Notes: generated by a model not told the origin, from the sequence alone. Counted from the first letter of the stretch, positions 51,512 through 63,238 are shown. The stretch is 64,000 bases of DNA from Gammaproteobacteria bacterium (GCA_022712945.1 JAFLJP010000104.1:76447-140446), one strand, 5' to 3'. Made by a program: numbers and translations.

Positions 51512-52024
51512 TCAGTCAGGCGGCGGCACATAGAGCATATACAGCCCGCTCTCCTCCTCTGAAATCCGATTCGTTAACACCTTACCGATCATATCAAAAT
51601 CTTTTTTGAATTCAGCATAGTAGACTGCATCTGAAGCAGAATACTTAGTTAAAAATTTAAACGCGACTTTACCAATTTCTTCCATTTCCCGACGAAAACT
51701 GTTGATCAACATTCGAGTATCTTTATCCTCTTGGTAGTAATGACTTACATAGAGGTAAAAACAGACATTTTCCAGCAATAGATGGCTGGTTAGCCTGGAT
51801 TTCAACTGATTCAACAACTGATTTAGTTTTGGGTAATCTTTTTTTTCGTACGCCTGGGCACATGAGGTATAGAGCGCTAGCAGTTCTTGATGATCATTTG
51901 TCAGTTTTGGAATCAAATTTTCATCGTATGAAAGCTTGGTTCCCGGCAGATATCGTTTCTCCACAACCTCTTTATTCGTTTTTGCCTCTTTTTTCCTAAA
52001 AAGCCAATCCCACATTTTTTTCAT
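51512..52024 (-). CDS. Hypothetical protein, possibly hemerythrin-like, in an AT-rich segment.
   Basis: Several His/Glu-containing helices (DHQELL, SHLLLE, SHYYQED). Low GC relative to its neighbours. Confidence 0.3.
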   Translation of the reverse strand: MKKMWDWLFRKKEAKTNKEVVEKRYLPGTKLSYDENLIPKLTNDHQELLALYTSCAQAYEKKDYPKLNQLLNQLKSRLTSHLLLENVCFYLYVSHYYQEDKDTRMLINSFRREMEEIGKVAFKFLTKYSASDAVYYAEFKKDFDMIGKVLTNRISEEESGLYMLYVPPPD

Positions 52025-52198
52025 CCATTTAGTTGTTGATTTTCATACAAAAAACAACATTACTGTAGTTATCACAAAATACAAAGTTAATTATGCGTTA
52101 AAAATATATCCACCAAAAGATAGTAAAATGTTAAATAGTTGTTTTTAAGTGCATTGTCGGCTAATTCAAAGTATTTCTCTGGAGTGAAAATTCTCTGT

Positions 52199-53650
52199 TC
52201 ACGGCATCACATCCCGCAACATCATCACCACCGCGACAATCACCAGTGGCATAATAATATTCAGCCGTATGCCGACCTTCATCATCGCCGCCATGGTGAC
52301 CCGCTCTGTGCCAAAGATAATCGCATTGGGTGGTGTGGCCACCGGCAGCATAAAGGCGCAGGAGGCGGCCAGTGTGGCGACCAATAATACCTGGGTGACA
52401 TCCATTCCAGCCACCGTGGCAACCGCAGCCAATACCGGTAGCATCACTTGGGTGGTAGCGGTGTTGCTGGTCACTTCGGTGAGGAAGGTGATGACCAGTG
52501 CAATGCCTAACAACATCAACGGTAGGGGAACGATGGAGAGGAAAGCCAGCTGCTCACCAATCCACTGTGAAAGTCCGGAGTTCATCATCCCCATCGCCAG
52601 TGCAAAACCGCCACCCAACAGAATCAGGATCTCCCATGGCAGGCGACCAATCGCTTTATGACCAAGAATTGGTTTGCCATCACGTATCGGAATGAGGAAC
52701 AGAAACAGCGCAGCAAGCATCGCCACCGTGGCATCATCAACACCCGGATAAGGGAGCAGCGACTGCCAGCCAGGGATCGAGAAGCTATCACCCGAAACCC
52801 CCTTGCGGGTCATCCAGGCCAGAGCGGTTAATCCCAGTACCCAGGCGACAAACTTTTCATCTCGCCCCATGCTGCCCAAGCCCACCAGCTCGTCATGCAC
52901 CCCGTCCATCACCTGCTTCGGCCAGGGCATATTTTTCACTCTCTGCCCCAAGAACAGCACCACGATGATAATGCCCACAATCACCAGCGGCACACCCACC
53001 ATCATCCACTGCATAAAGCTCGGCACCAGTGCGGGATCAATCAGACGGATATTTTCTAAAAAGACAAAATTGGGTACCGTGCCAACCGGCGTGCCCATGC
53101 CGCCGATATTGGCACTGTAGGCAATCGCCAGCAGCAAGGTGGAGGAGAGTAACAACATGGTTTTTTGATCAAACAGCTTATCCAGGCGACTCAATACCGC
53201 CACCGCAATGGTGACCATCAACATAGTGGTGGCGGTGTTGGAGATCCACATCGACAAGAAAGCGGTGGTCAAGGCAAAGCCCAGCAGAATCTGCACCGGG
53301 CTGCGGTGCAACCGGGCCAAAACCACCAGTGCAATCCGCTGATGCAGCCCACAACGCTCCATCGCCTGAGCGATCAGAAAGCCACCCACAAACAGAAACA
53401 TGATCGAACTCATGTAGCGTGGGGCAGTCTCTTTGGCACTGGCGATACCACTGAGCGGAAAGAGAATCAATGGCAACAACGCAGTGACCGCCAATGGTAC
53501 ACATTCGGTCAGCCACCAGATTGCCATCCACAGCACCACGCCGAGCATGGCATCGGCATGTTGGTGACCCGGAATATCGATCAACAGCGGTAACCCAATA
53601 CCCACCAGTGGCCCAAGAAACCGTGCAATCTGTTTTGTTGTTGTGGTCAA
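52199..53650 (-). CDS. DASS/SLC13-family sodium-coupled anion symporter.
   Basis: Polytopic. Repeated SNTA(T) signatures (ISNTATTMLMV, TSNTATTQVMLPV). Confidence 0.8.
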   Translation of the reverse strand: MTTTTKQIARFLGPLVGIGLPLLIDIPGHQHADAMLGVVLWMAIWWLTECVPLAVTALLPLILFPLSGIASAKETAPRYMSSIMFLFVGGFLIAQAMERCGLHQRIALVVLARLHRSPVQILLGFALTTAFLSMWISNTATTMLMVTIAVAVLSRLDKLFDQKTMLLLSSTLLLAIAYSANIGGMGTPVGTVPNFVFLENIRLIDPALVPSFMQWMMVGVPLVIVGIIIVVLFLGQRVKNMPWPKQVMDGVHDELVGLGSMGRDEKFVAWVLGLTALAWMTRKGVSGDSFSIPGWQSLLPYPGVDDATVAMLAALFLFLIPIRDGKPILGHKAIGRLPWEILILLGGGFALAMGMMNSGLSQWIGEQLAFLSIVPLPLMLLGIALVITFLTEVTSNTATTQVMLPVLAAVATVAGMDVTQVLLVATLAASCAFMLPVATPPNAIIFGTERVTMAAMMKVGIRLNIIMPLVIVAVVMMLRDVMP

Positions 53651-53739
53651 AACTCAAACTCAGGGAAGGTATGAAATAACAAGAGAAACCGTTTTTGATG
53701 GGTCATGCGGCTGGCTGAACTGCACCATGAAATGCGAGG

Positions 53740-54153
53740 CTATTTTTTCTGACACGCGGAACAAATACCATACAGATAGAGGCTGTGGTGGGTAATTTCA
53801 AAGCCCATTTCCTTGGCGATGGCATCCTGGCGTGCTTCGATCACCTCATCGGTAAATTCGTCCACTTCGCCACACTTTACACAGAGAATATGGTCGTGGT
53901 GTTCACCCTGATTCAGCTCAAAAACAGAGTGTCCTTCAGCAAAGTGGTGACGGTTGAGTATGTCAGCCTGCTCAAACTGAGTGAGCACACGATAAACCGT
54001 GGCCAGGCCCACGTCCTCACCACTCTCTAGCAGCGCTTTATAAATATCCTCAGCACTCAAATGCTCACGTTGATTACGCTCAAGAATAGCAAGCACCTTC
54101 AGACGTGGCAGTGTCACTTTTAGACCCAGTTTTTTTAGATCAATTTTGCCCAT
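53740..54153 (-). CDS. fur: Ferric uptake regulator.
   Basis: LKKLGLKVTLPRLKVLAILE...HHDHILCVKCGEVDEF...HSLYLYGICSAC parallels E. coli Fur. GAGGTG Shine-Dalgarno sequence before MGKIDL. Confidence 0.85.
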   Translation of the reverse strand: MGKIDLKKLGLKVTLPRLKVLAILERNQREHLSAEDIYKALLESGEDVGLATVYRVLTQFEQADILNRHHFAEGHSVFELNQGEHHDHILCVKCGEVDEFTDEVIEARQDAIAKEMGFEITHHSLYLYGICSACQKK

Positions 54154-54257
54154 CACGCACCTCAACATTGAGCGGCGTGGCTATTACCCAATGCTTGGGG
54201 TATGATGCTCGCTCGATTGTTTTAACTCAGCCAATAGCCGGTCATCTTACACAAACA

Positions 54258-54599
54258 ATGAAAAAACTTCTCATTATTATTAGCCTTACTCAGGCACTAT
54301 TAATCGGCTGTGGTCTGCACAAACTGGATGTTCAACAGGGCAACGTCATCACTCCGGAAAACCTAGCCCAACTACAAGCAGGAATGCCCCAAGAGCGGGT
54401 TCGTTTTTTGCTCGGATCACCACCCATTACCGATCCATTCCATGCTAATCGCTGGGACTACACCTACACCTACCGCGAAAAAGACCAACAGACTGAAACC
54501 AGCCATCTGGTACTCTATTTTGATGACAGCGGGCTGTTAACCACCATCGACAAAAGCGGCTACACGCCACCAAAAGAGCGCAGTGGCAAGGTGGAATAG
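54258..54599 (+). CDS. bamE: Outer-membrane protein assembly factor BamE.
   Basis: Lipobox LIGCGL. QGNVITPENLAQLQAGMPQERVRFLLGSP SmpA/OmlA motif. Confidence 0.85.
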   Translation: MKKLLIIISLTQALLIGCGLHKLDVQQGNVITPENLAQLQAGMPQERVRFLLGSPPITDPFHANRWDYTYTYREKDQQTETSHLVLYFDDSGLLTTIDKSGYTPPKERSGKVE

Positions 54600-54600
54600 A

Positions 54601-54924
54601 TCAGGCAGCTGGCGTAGCACCACCCTTCTTCATCGCCTTGCCCTCTTCGGCCCGTTTTTTTCGCACCGCCTTGGGATCTGCGATCAGCGGACGATAAATT
54701 TCCACCCGATCTTTCTCCCGCAATACCACATTTAACTTACTCAGCTTGCCAAAGATACCGATCCGGTTTTTATCCAGATCAATCTCTGGAAATTGCCTCA
54801 AAATCCCCGATGATTCAACCGCCTGCTGCGCGGTACTGCCCTCCTCTAACATCAGGGGAATTAACACCTGTTTGTCCGCCAGGGCATAAGCAATTTCAAC
54901 ATTAATCAGTGGGTTATTTTCCAT
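54601..54924 (-). CDS. RnfH-family protein (YfjF/RatB-like).
   Basis: 107 aa with a ubiquitin-like fold signature. Classic neighbour of ratA and bamE. Confidence 0.7.
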   Translation of the reverse strand: MENNPLINVEIAYALADKQVLIPLMLEEGSTAQQAVESSGILRQFPEIDLDKNRIGIFGKLSKLNVVLREKDRVEIYRPLIADPKAVRKKRAEEGKAMKKGGATPAA

Positions 54925-55348
54925 AGACCTGCTTCGCTCTGTTCATAAAGGCGTCCATCAAGCTACCGGCAATTTGGCCAAAAACCGGGCCAAACGTCAC
55001 CCCGATAATTTTATTCGAAAACTCAAACTGAAGGTCAAGCGTCACCTTGCAGGCATCCTCCGCCAGCGCATCAAAACGCCAGTACCCCTCCAAATGTTTG
55101 AAAGGGCCCTCCAGCAAACGGATCTCGATCATCTTGTTGCGCTGCATGCGGTTACAGGTAGAAAAACGTTTATTAAAACCCGCCTTTGAGATGTTGATAG
55201 TGGCACGCACCTCATCCTCATCCCGGGAGATCACCTCGGTACCACTGCACCACGGCAGAAACTGGTTATAACGCTCAATATCATCCACCAACAGATACAT
55301 CTGTTCCGCAGAAAAGGAAACCAATGCATTTCGACTGATTGAAGCCAT
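54914..55348 (-). CDS. ratA: SRPBCC-family ribosome-association toxin RatA (COQ10-like).
   Basis: 144 aa with polyketide-cyclase/START-like conservation. Conserved ratA-rnfH-bamE arrangement. Confidence 0.75.
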   Translation of the reverse strand: MASISRNALVSFSAEQMYLLVDDIERYNQFLPWCSGTEVISRDEDEVRATINISKAGFNKRFSTCNRMQRNKMIEIRLLEGPFKHLEGYWRFDALAEDACKVTLDLQFEFSNKIIGVTFGPVFGQIAGSLMDAFMNRAKQVYGK

Positions 55349-55365
55349 TCAACTACTCCACCGTA

Positions 55366-56721
55366 TCAAAACAGGCCCAAGGCGTTAAGAAAGACCACAA
55401 TCACCCCGATCGGGGTGACAAAACGCACCAGAAAGAGCCACAGTTGAAACCACAAGGTAGAGCCTATCGCCAACTCATCTTTCGAATGCTCCCGCTTCAT
55501 CACCCAACCGGCAAAGAGCGCAATTAACAACCCACCCAGTGGCAACATAATATTGGCGGTCAAAAAATCCACCAGCTCAAAAAAAGTCATGCCATAGATC
55601 TTGTTTTCTGCCCAGTTATTGAAGGAGAGAACGGTACCAATCCCCAGCACCCAAGTGATCATGCCACTCCAAACCGAAGCCCGAATACGCGTCATTCCCT
55701 TTTTTTCAATCAACCAAGCCACCAGCGGTTCAATGAGTGAAATGGCTGAACTCCAGGCGGCAAAAACCAGCAGCACAAAAAACAGCGTGCCAAAAAAAGT
55801 CCCGCCGAGCATCTGCCCAAACGCGATCGGCAGGGTATTAAAAATCAAGCCGGGGCCGGAACCGGGCTCCAAACCACTGGCAAACACAATCGGAAAAATC
55901 GCCAGCCCAGCCAGCAGTGCCACCGCCGTATCGGCACAAGCGATACCCATCGAAGTTTTGGCCACCGAGATCTCTTTATCGAGATAGGAGCCGTAGACCA
56001 TAATCGCCCCCATACCAAGGCTCAAGGTGAAGAAGGCGTGGCCCATCGCAATCAACACACCTTGGGCAGTCAGGGCATCAAAATTGAAGGTAAACAGAAA
56101 GTCGACACCCTCAGAAAATGACCCACTATTTAGTGCATAGCCCACCATCACCAGTAGCAGTATAAAAAGGGAGGGCATCAAAAACCGCACCGCCTTCTCC
56201 AGGCCGTGAGTGACCCCGCGGGAGACCACCAGCATGGTTGAAACCATAAAGATGGTGTGCCATGCCAGCAGTTTCTCCGGGTCTGAAATTAGATCATTAA
56301 ACAGGCTGCCAATCCCATCCGCCGTTTGACCGACAAAAACCCCGCTGGCGGCGCGAAACACATACGCGGTCGCCCAACCGGCAATTACGCTGTAGTAGGA
56401 GAGAATCAGAAAACCGGCGACCACCCCCATCCAGCCAAGGTATTTCCATACCTTGTGGCTGCCCGCCTCTTTTGCCAGGTATGCCATGGTATTAACCGGG
56501 CTTTGACGGCCACGACGGCCCAGCATAACTTCCGCCATCATAATCGGAATACCAATCGCCGCAATACAGAACAGGTAGACCAAAACAAATGCACCACCGC
56601 CATTTTCACCGGTGATGTAGGGGAACTTCCAGATATTGCCAAGCCCTACCGCTGATCCGGTAGCCGCCAGCATAAACATCCAGCGCGATGACCATTGTCC
56701 ACGTATTGATTGTCGAGACAC
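55366..56721 (-). CDS. Neurotransmitter:sodium symporter (SNF/NSS) family transporter.
   Basis: N-terminal WSSRWMFMLAATGSAVGLGNIWKFPY signature. 11-12 transmembrane segments. Confidence 0.85.
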   Translation of the reverse strand: MSRQSIRGQWSSRWMFMLAATGSAVGLGNIWKFPYITGENGGGAFVLVYLFCIAAIGIPIMMAEVMLGRRGRQSPVNTMAYLAKEAGSHKVWKYLGWMGVVAGFLILSYYSVIAGWATAYVFRAASGVFVGQTADGIGSLFNDLISDPEKLLAWHTIFMVSTMLVVSRGVTHGLEKAVRFLMPSLFILLLVMVGYALNSGSFSEGVDFLFTFNFDALTAQGVLIAMGHAFFTLSLGMGAIMVYGSYLDKEISVAKTSMGIACADTAVALLAGLAIFPIVFASGLEPGSGPGLIFNTLPIAFGQMLGGTFFGTLFFVLLVFAAWSSAISLIEPLVAWLIEKKGMTRIRASVWSGMITWVLGIGTVLSFNNWAENKIYGMTFFELVDFLTANIMLPLGGLLIALFAGWVMKREHSKDELAIGSTLWFQLWLFLVRFVTPIGVIVVFLNALGLF

Positions 56722-56853
56722 GCCACACTCCTCTGTTTCTTACTTGATTAACAGCGACAAAAACGCACATTCTAACATACCGCCGCCACAGCGATAGCAT
56801 TGTGCAAATGACCCGTGCTAATCTTGTTGGAATGCTAAATCAGGAGTACCACA

Positions 56854-57720
56854 ATGCCATTTGTAAACAAGATCGCCAGCACGCTATTAATCGGCTGTAG
56901 TGGTGACACAGATTTGACGGTAAATGATGGTGGCATCACCTTGGCAATAACCGATGCTGCCGTGGATGATGCCTCTGAGGTAGTGATTGAGTTTAGTGGC
57001 ATTGAATTCAAACCCCGCACTGAAAGCGCCTTTACCATTAATATTGACCCACCAAAACGCATTAATTTACTGGCCCTGCAAGGGAGTCAATCTGAGCTTC
57101 TGTTGAATAACAAATCCATCGAATCCGGCACTTACGACTGGATAAAACTCAAGATAAACGCAGGTGAAAATATAACCGACTCCTACGTGATAGCCAATGG
57201 TACCAGCTCATATTCCGTCTATATGCCCAGTGCTAATGAAGGCGGGCTCACTCTGAATCAGGGCTTCACCATTCCGGCAACCGGCGGCATCCATCTCACC
57301 ATCGACTTTGATCTGCGAAAATCGATCACTGCACCCCAGGCTCCAGATACAAACTACACACTGACACCCTCGCTACGGCAGGTAACAACCAGTAACACCG
57401 GCCATATCAACGGCACCGTCAGCAGCACGACAATGCAAGATGCTCTTTGTACTAGCACAAGCTACGCGGTATACGCCTACGAGGGGCAGGGTGTAACTCC
57501 GGACGATGTTGATAATCTCGGTGTAGAACCTATCACCACCTCACTGCTAACAGACACAACATTTAAATACTCTCTCGGCTTTCTCAATCAAGGAGATTAC
57601 ACCATCACCTTCACCTGCCATGCAGCAGATGACCTACCTGGAAGCAGTGAAACACTCAACTACATCGGCACCACCGATATCACCGTCACTGCTGGGCAAA
57701 CAATCACTCATGATTTTTAA
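56854..57720 (+). CDS. Lipoprotein, DUF4382-like.
   Basis: Lipobox LLIGCSG. ITLAITDAAVDDASEVVIEFSGIEF N-terminal block. Confidence 0.45.
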   Translation: MPFVNKIASTLLIGCSGDTDLTVNDGGITLAITDAAVDDASEVVIEFSGIEFKPRTESAFTINIDPPKRINLLALQGSQSELLLNNKSIESGTYDWIKLKINAGENITDSYVIANGTSSYSVYMPSANEGGLTLNQGFTIPATGGIHLTIDFDLRKSITAPQAPDTNYTLTPSLRQVTTSNTGHINGTVSSTTMQDALCTSTSYAVYAYEGQGVTPDDVDNLGVEPITTSLLTDTTFKYSLGFLNQGDYTITFTCHAADDLPGSSETLNYIGTTDITVTAGQTITHDF

Positions 57721-57753
57721 ATATGGAATAGAACGGCTAAAAACAACCACCAA

Positions 57754-57767
57754 TTGACCTAAATCAA
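57754..57767 (+). promoter_or_regulatory. FNR/Dnr/NnrR-type binding site TTGAC-N4-ATCAA upstream of nnrS.
   Basis: ttgacctaaatcaa, 58 bp upstream of the nnrS ATG. The consensus is TTGAT-N4-ATCAA. Confidence 0.5.
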
Positions 57768-57824
57768 AACACTGCTGGGAAGTCAGCTATATAGTACGCA
57801 GAGAGCCAGAGAAGATTAACCACT

Positions 57825-59006
57825 ATGCAAATTGAACACGCCCAGCCACCGATTACCGGCTATACCCCGTTTGCATTGGGTTTCAGACCCTTTTTCTGGG
57901 CGGCGGGGGTGTTTGCACTGCTGGTCTTCCCTTTTTGGTTCAGCCATCTTTGGCAAGAGACACTCATATCCCACTACTACGGCGATAATATCAGTTGGCA
58001 CCGCCACGAAATGTTGCACGGCTATGTGATGGCGGTGATTGCCGGTTTCCTACTCACGGCGGTTAAAAACTGGACCAATCAACCCACCCCCAGCGGCACA
58101 CCATTAGCCCTGCTCTTTCTCCTGTGGCTGGCTGCACGGGTGGCACCGCTCTTTGGTCTGCCGCCACTGTTGATTGCGATACTGGACCTGCTCTTTGCTC
58201 CACTGGTGGCACTGGCTATCGCTATTCCAATCTGGCGGGCCCGGCAACACAACAACCAGATATTCCCGCTGATACTGCTCTTTATCGCAGCCGCTAATTT
58301 AGCAACACACCTGAATCTGTTGGGTATCATTGAGACCAGCTCGCTGCAAAACAGTACACTTTCGCCGCTGTTGATGATCTGGATTTTGATTATCATGGCG
58401 GGGCGGGTGATCCCCTTTTTTATCGAACGGGCCACCAAAGGGTTTGAGCGCAAAAGCTGGCGCACTATCGAAATACTCAGCCCGGTTACCCTATTACTGC
58501 TGCTCGCCGCTCAACTCAGCACCCACACTACGCTGATCACTCTGGCGGCACTGTTTGCGGCTATTGTGCACGCGATTCGCCTGATGGGCTGGTATACCCA
58601 TCAATTGTGGCGCGAACCGTTGATCTGGATATTGTGGCTCGGTTACCTGTGGCTGGTGGTTGGTTTTGTACTGCACGCCCTGGCAATGCAGGGGGTACTG
58701 CCGCTTTCATGGGCGCTGCACGCCTATTTTGCCGGTGCGCTGGGCGTGTTGACATTGGGAATGATGGCGCGGGTCGCCATCGGCCACAGTGGCCGTAAAA
58801 TGCAGCTCCCTCATCGGGCGATGGTCTACGCTTTTATACTGGTCAATCTGGCGGCGCTTATTCGCGTCTTTGCACCGCTGTTACCACTCGACTACAACGG
58901 GGTACTGGGGCTGGCCGCCGCCGCCTGGTGTTTAAGTTTTCTGATTTTTGTCTGGTTTTACACACCAATACTATTGAAAGCACGTGTTGATGGCCGCCCC
59001 GGATAA
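57825..59006 (+). CDS. nnrS: NnrS-family haem-copper membrane protein involved in the nitric oxide response.
   Basis: N-terminal YTPFALGFRPFFWAAGVFALL. About 12 transmembrane segments with conserved histidines. Confidence 0.75.
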   Translation: MQIEHAQPPITGYTPFALGFRPFFWAAGVFALLVFPFWFSHLWQETLISHYYGDNISWHRHEMLHGYVMAVIAGFLLTAVKNWTNQPTPSGTPLALLFLLWLAARVAPLFGLPPLLIAILDLLFAPLVALAIAIPIWRARQHNNQIFPLILLFIAAANLATHLNLLGIIETSSLQNSTLSPLLMIWILIIMAGRVIPFFIERATKGFERKSWRTIEILSPVTLLLLLAAQLSTHTTLITLAALFAAIVHAIRLMGWYTHQLWREPLIWILWLGYLWLVVGFVLHALAMQGVLPLSWALHAYFAGALGVLTLGMMARVAIGHSGRKMQLPHRAMVYAFILVNLAALIRVFAPLLPLDYNGVLGLAAAAWCLSFLIFVWFYTPILLKARVDGRPG

Positions 59007-59115
59007 GAAATGGACATAGGTGGTGCAAGCCGCAAAAAAGAGAACTTATTCTTGTTTCTATCTGGCCATCGGGTAATATTAATAATCCAAAAAAAAAGTC
59101 ACTACGCTAGGGTAA

Positions 59116-59672
59116 TGATGACAACATATAAAAATAAAAACCCATTACAATTACGCACCTTTTATCTCGGCATGCTCCTCAGTTTTTGGCTTGGCGCAGC
59201 AGCACAAGCCGAAGTTAAAAATTTCCAGATTCATGGTGAAACAATACCGCTCACCCAAGATGGTATCCATGATCCTGAAAACGATGCGATTGAGATTTTC
59301 CAACACCCCACTACCGCAATGAAAGATTTCCCCCGGGATACAGTGGGTGTGATCGACTGGGTTAAAACCCTGGAAGAGGGAAAATTGATTGCCCGTGCCA
59401 ACCGCCTAGGAACAGAAGAGAAAGAGACTCTTGATCTCGACATCACTCGAACCAATACCGGCGAGATGCCCCATGTCATCTTTTCCCACGCCAAGCACTC
59501 GACACAGATGGATTGCAAAAGCTGCCACAGCGGGTTGTTTGAAAAGAAGAGCAACGCAACTGAAATTACTATGTCGGCGATTCTAACGGGTGACAAATGC
59601 GGTGTGTGTCACGGCAAAGTGGCCTTCCCACCCACTAACAACTGCATGCGTTGCCACAACGCAGTACCCTGA
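59116..59672 (+). CDS. Periplasmic tri-haem c-type cytochrome.
   Basis: Signal peptide. Three CxxCH motifs (CKSCH, CGVCH, CMRCH) within about 60 residues. The ORF is open from 59010. Confidence 0.65.
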
Positions 59673-59673
59673 T

Positions 59674-60099
59674 TCAACCGGAAACAGCCAACACCGAGAC
59701 CAGATGGCTCACCTCTCGCAATAGTGACAACAACGCCACTGCGATCATCCCCATGCCGATCAACTGCGCCTTTGGCCCTTGAATCAGGCAGACGGTAAAC
59801 GGCAGGCGCAAGCCCGGCGAGGGCAAGCGCCTGCTGCGAGCCACCTGCCACCCCAGCCACAAAAACAGCAACAACGGAATCGAACGCAACAGCATAAACC
59901 CCCAGGAAGCGAACAGCTGCTTCTTTTCATTCAGTGTTGCTATCCCCTCCGGGGTTGGTTCAAACAGCAGCGCTTTTAAAAAGTGATCAAGCAACGGCTC
60001 AAACAACAGTAGCAACAAAAGATAGAGCGAAATGGTCATCGCCCAGCGGTAACGCAACGATTGATCACCCACAATAATGTCAGGTTTTTTGATTGTCAT
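59674..60099 (-). CDS. Hypothetical membrane protein.
   Basis: 141 aa with 3-4 transmembrane helices. Confidence 0.35.
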   Translation of the reverse strand: MTIKKPDIIVGDQSLRYRWAMTISLYLLLLLLFEPLLDHFLKALLFEPTPEGIATLNEKKQLFASWGFMLLRSIPLLLFLWLGWQVARSRRLPSPGLRLPFTVCLIQGPKAQLIGMGMIAVALLSLLREVSHLVSVLAVSG

Positions 60100-60130
60100 A
60101 ACACTCGCTACGAAAATGAAAATGAGGTGG

Positions 60131-60424
60131 TCAACTGATTTTTGATTTCAACAACTGCTTCTTTTCAGCCCCGATATCATTCCAGTATTTATCACATAGC
60201 GCCCCTTCAAATGAGTACAAGTAATAACACACAGGCAAGGTTTCACCGGGGTATTTTCCCTTTATCATTCGATGTGCATCAACCGGGCCGATTATCCGTA
60301 ACTCATCTTCAGAAAAAATACCGACCTCATTCAAGCGAGCGGCTATTTTTTTACCAATATTTCGCAACTCAGTGAGTGATCTACTCTTTTCCATAACCTT
60401 GTTGATACTCCACTGCGGATTCAC
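60131..60424 (-). CDS. Stand-alone TfoX C-terminal-domain protein.
   Basis: LTELRNIGKKIAARLNEVGIFSEDELRIIGPVDAHRMI matches the TfoX_C helix-hairpin-helix signature. Confidence 0.6.
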   Translation of the reverse strand: MNPQWSINKVMEKSRSLTELRNIGKKIAARLNEVGIFSEDELRIIGPVDAHRMIKGKYPGETLPVCYYLYSFEGALCDKYWNDIGAEKKQLLKSKIS

Positions 60425-60488
60425 CTACCTGCACAATGTCAAAATAAATGCCATTAGGGCACCAGACTCTTTGTGATAAACTCCCCAT

Positions 60489-60737
60489 ATGATTGTCCCC
60501 TATCAACAGCTCTCCTCCGACGCACTTTACGCCTTGGTCGATGAGTTTGTCAGCCGTAATGGCACCGATTACGGTGCAGTTGAAATTTCACTCCAGCGTA
60601 AAATTGAACAAGTGATACGGCAGATTAAAGCCGGGGAGGCCTTTATTCTCTACAGCGAATTGCACGAAAGTTGCACTATTATTTCGAAGCAAGAGATGCA
60701 GCAGCGGGGGCAATCGGTGGAGAACAAATCAGAGTGA
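60489..60737 (+). CDS. YheU/UPF0270-family protein.
   Basis: MIVPYQQLSSDALYALVDEFVSRNGTDYG... is typical of YheU. Confidence 0.7.
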   Translation: MIVPYQQLSSDALYALVDEFVSRNGTDYGAVEISLQRKIEQVIRQIKAGEAFILYSELHESCTIISKQEMQQRGQSVENKSE

Positions 60738-60740
60738 TTT

Positions 60741-61901
60741 TTAGCAGTGCGCCACCACCAATGGCACCCGCAACTCCGCTTCACTCAAGCCGCCGTGTTG
60801 GCCGACCATATGGTATTCAGCCTCACCCAGCAGGCGTTGCGTCAGAACATAGTTCGCCTTCATCTCCAACACGAACTCCCCCACCCGGCTGTTTAACTCC
60901 GGGTGCGCTTCACCCAAACCGAATAACCCCTCTGCAATCACTGTTTCACCTTGGTGAATCACCAGCGCATGGCCTAATTGCTGCGTCACCAACTCAACAA
61001 AACGCGCCCGCTGGCTGGATCGCACATAACAATAGGGAAGGCGAGGTTCGCCACATAGTGGAATTTGCAGGCACGCCAATATATCGGGGTAATCATTGAT
61101 CAGCAGGCGACTCTCTGCTGTGGTGTCGATAAAACCATGATCCGCTGTCACTAGCAGCAGTGTGTTACTGCCAGCCAACTGCTGTTGCAAGCGGGTAAAG
61201 CCTTTATCCAGCTGGAAAAACTGTCTGGCCAACTGCTTACTTTGCAACCCATACTGATGAGCTAAGCTGTCAAACTGTGGCCAGTAGGCGTAGAGGTATT
61301 TGGCATGGTTACCCCGCTGAACCACGTCAGTGATCTTGGCGAAGTAGTCATCCATACCGCGATAGAGCACCAACTCACCCTTGCCCAACATCGCCTGACT
61401 AAACACCGACTCACCCAACTGCTCAGGCATCAGCGAGTAACCAGCCACATTCAACTGATCAAAAAGGGGGGTGTGGTTAAAGAGCTGTTGTGGTGTGATG
61501 CCGTGACTGTTCAACTCACTGCGATTGCCGCGCATGGCGAACGGTAAAACCGTCACCACCGCCCCCACCTCACGCAGCCAGGTGAACCAACCGGTAAGCC
61601 CATGTTGCTGGGGGGCAACACCGGTTAAAAAGGTGGTAATGGAAGCGGCAGTGGTGGGTGGAGCCACTGAGTCCAGCCCACAATGGAGCTGTTGCTGCAA
61701 CTGACTACCGGCACCCTGGGTGGTGAGATAGTCGTACCCCAACCCATCCAGCACCAACAGCACTACATTTTGCGCCGCCGCTATCCGCTCTGAAGTGAAT
61801 GCCCGCAGCTCCGGGTAAAGGGTACCCTCGCCACCGCACCCCTGGCGAATAGAGCTGACCAGGTTAACAATCGAGCCACCGCTGTAATCAGGAATGCGCA
61901 T
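60741..61901 (-). CDS. Alkaline-phosphatase-superfamily phosphodiesterase/nucleotide pyrophosphatase-like enzyme.
   Basis: VVLLVLDGLGYDYL metal-binding N-terminal motif and LVTADHG motif. Confidence 0.65.
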   Translation of the reverse strand: MRIPDYSGGSIVNLVSSIRQGCGGEGTLYPELRAFTSERIAAAQNVVLLVLDGLGYDYLTTQGAGSQLQQQLHCGLDSVAPPTTAASITTFLTGVAPQQHGLTGWFTWLREVGAVVTVLPFAMRGNRSELNSHGITPQQLFNHTPLFDQLNVAGYSLMPEQLGESVFSQAMLGKGELVLYRGMDDYFAKITDVVQRGNHAKYLYAYWPQFDSLAHQYGLQSKQLARQFFQLDKGFTRLQQQLAGSNTLLLVTADHGFIDTTAESRLLINDYPDILACLQIPLCGEPRLPYCYVRSSQRARFVELVTQQLGHALVIHQGETVIAEGLFGLGEAHPELNSRVGEFVLEMKANYVLTQRLLGEAEYHMVGQHGGLSEAELRVPLVVAHC

Positions 61902-61914
61902 GAAATTTTTGACG

Positions 61915-63216
<1,302 letters not shown>

Positions 63217-63238
63217 TCAGTAAAAAACCACAAATGGT

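Noticed and set aside
52269-53657. Several ORFs of 60-160 aa on the plus strand and in an alternative minus frame.
   Set aside because: All lie inside the continuous DASS transporter gene, which is a better-supported reading frame.
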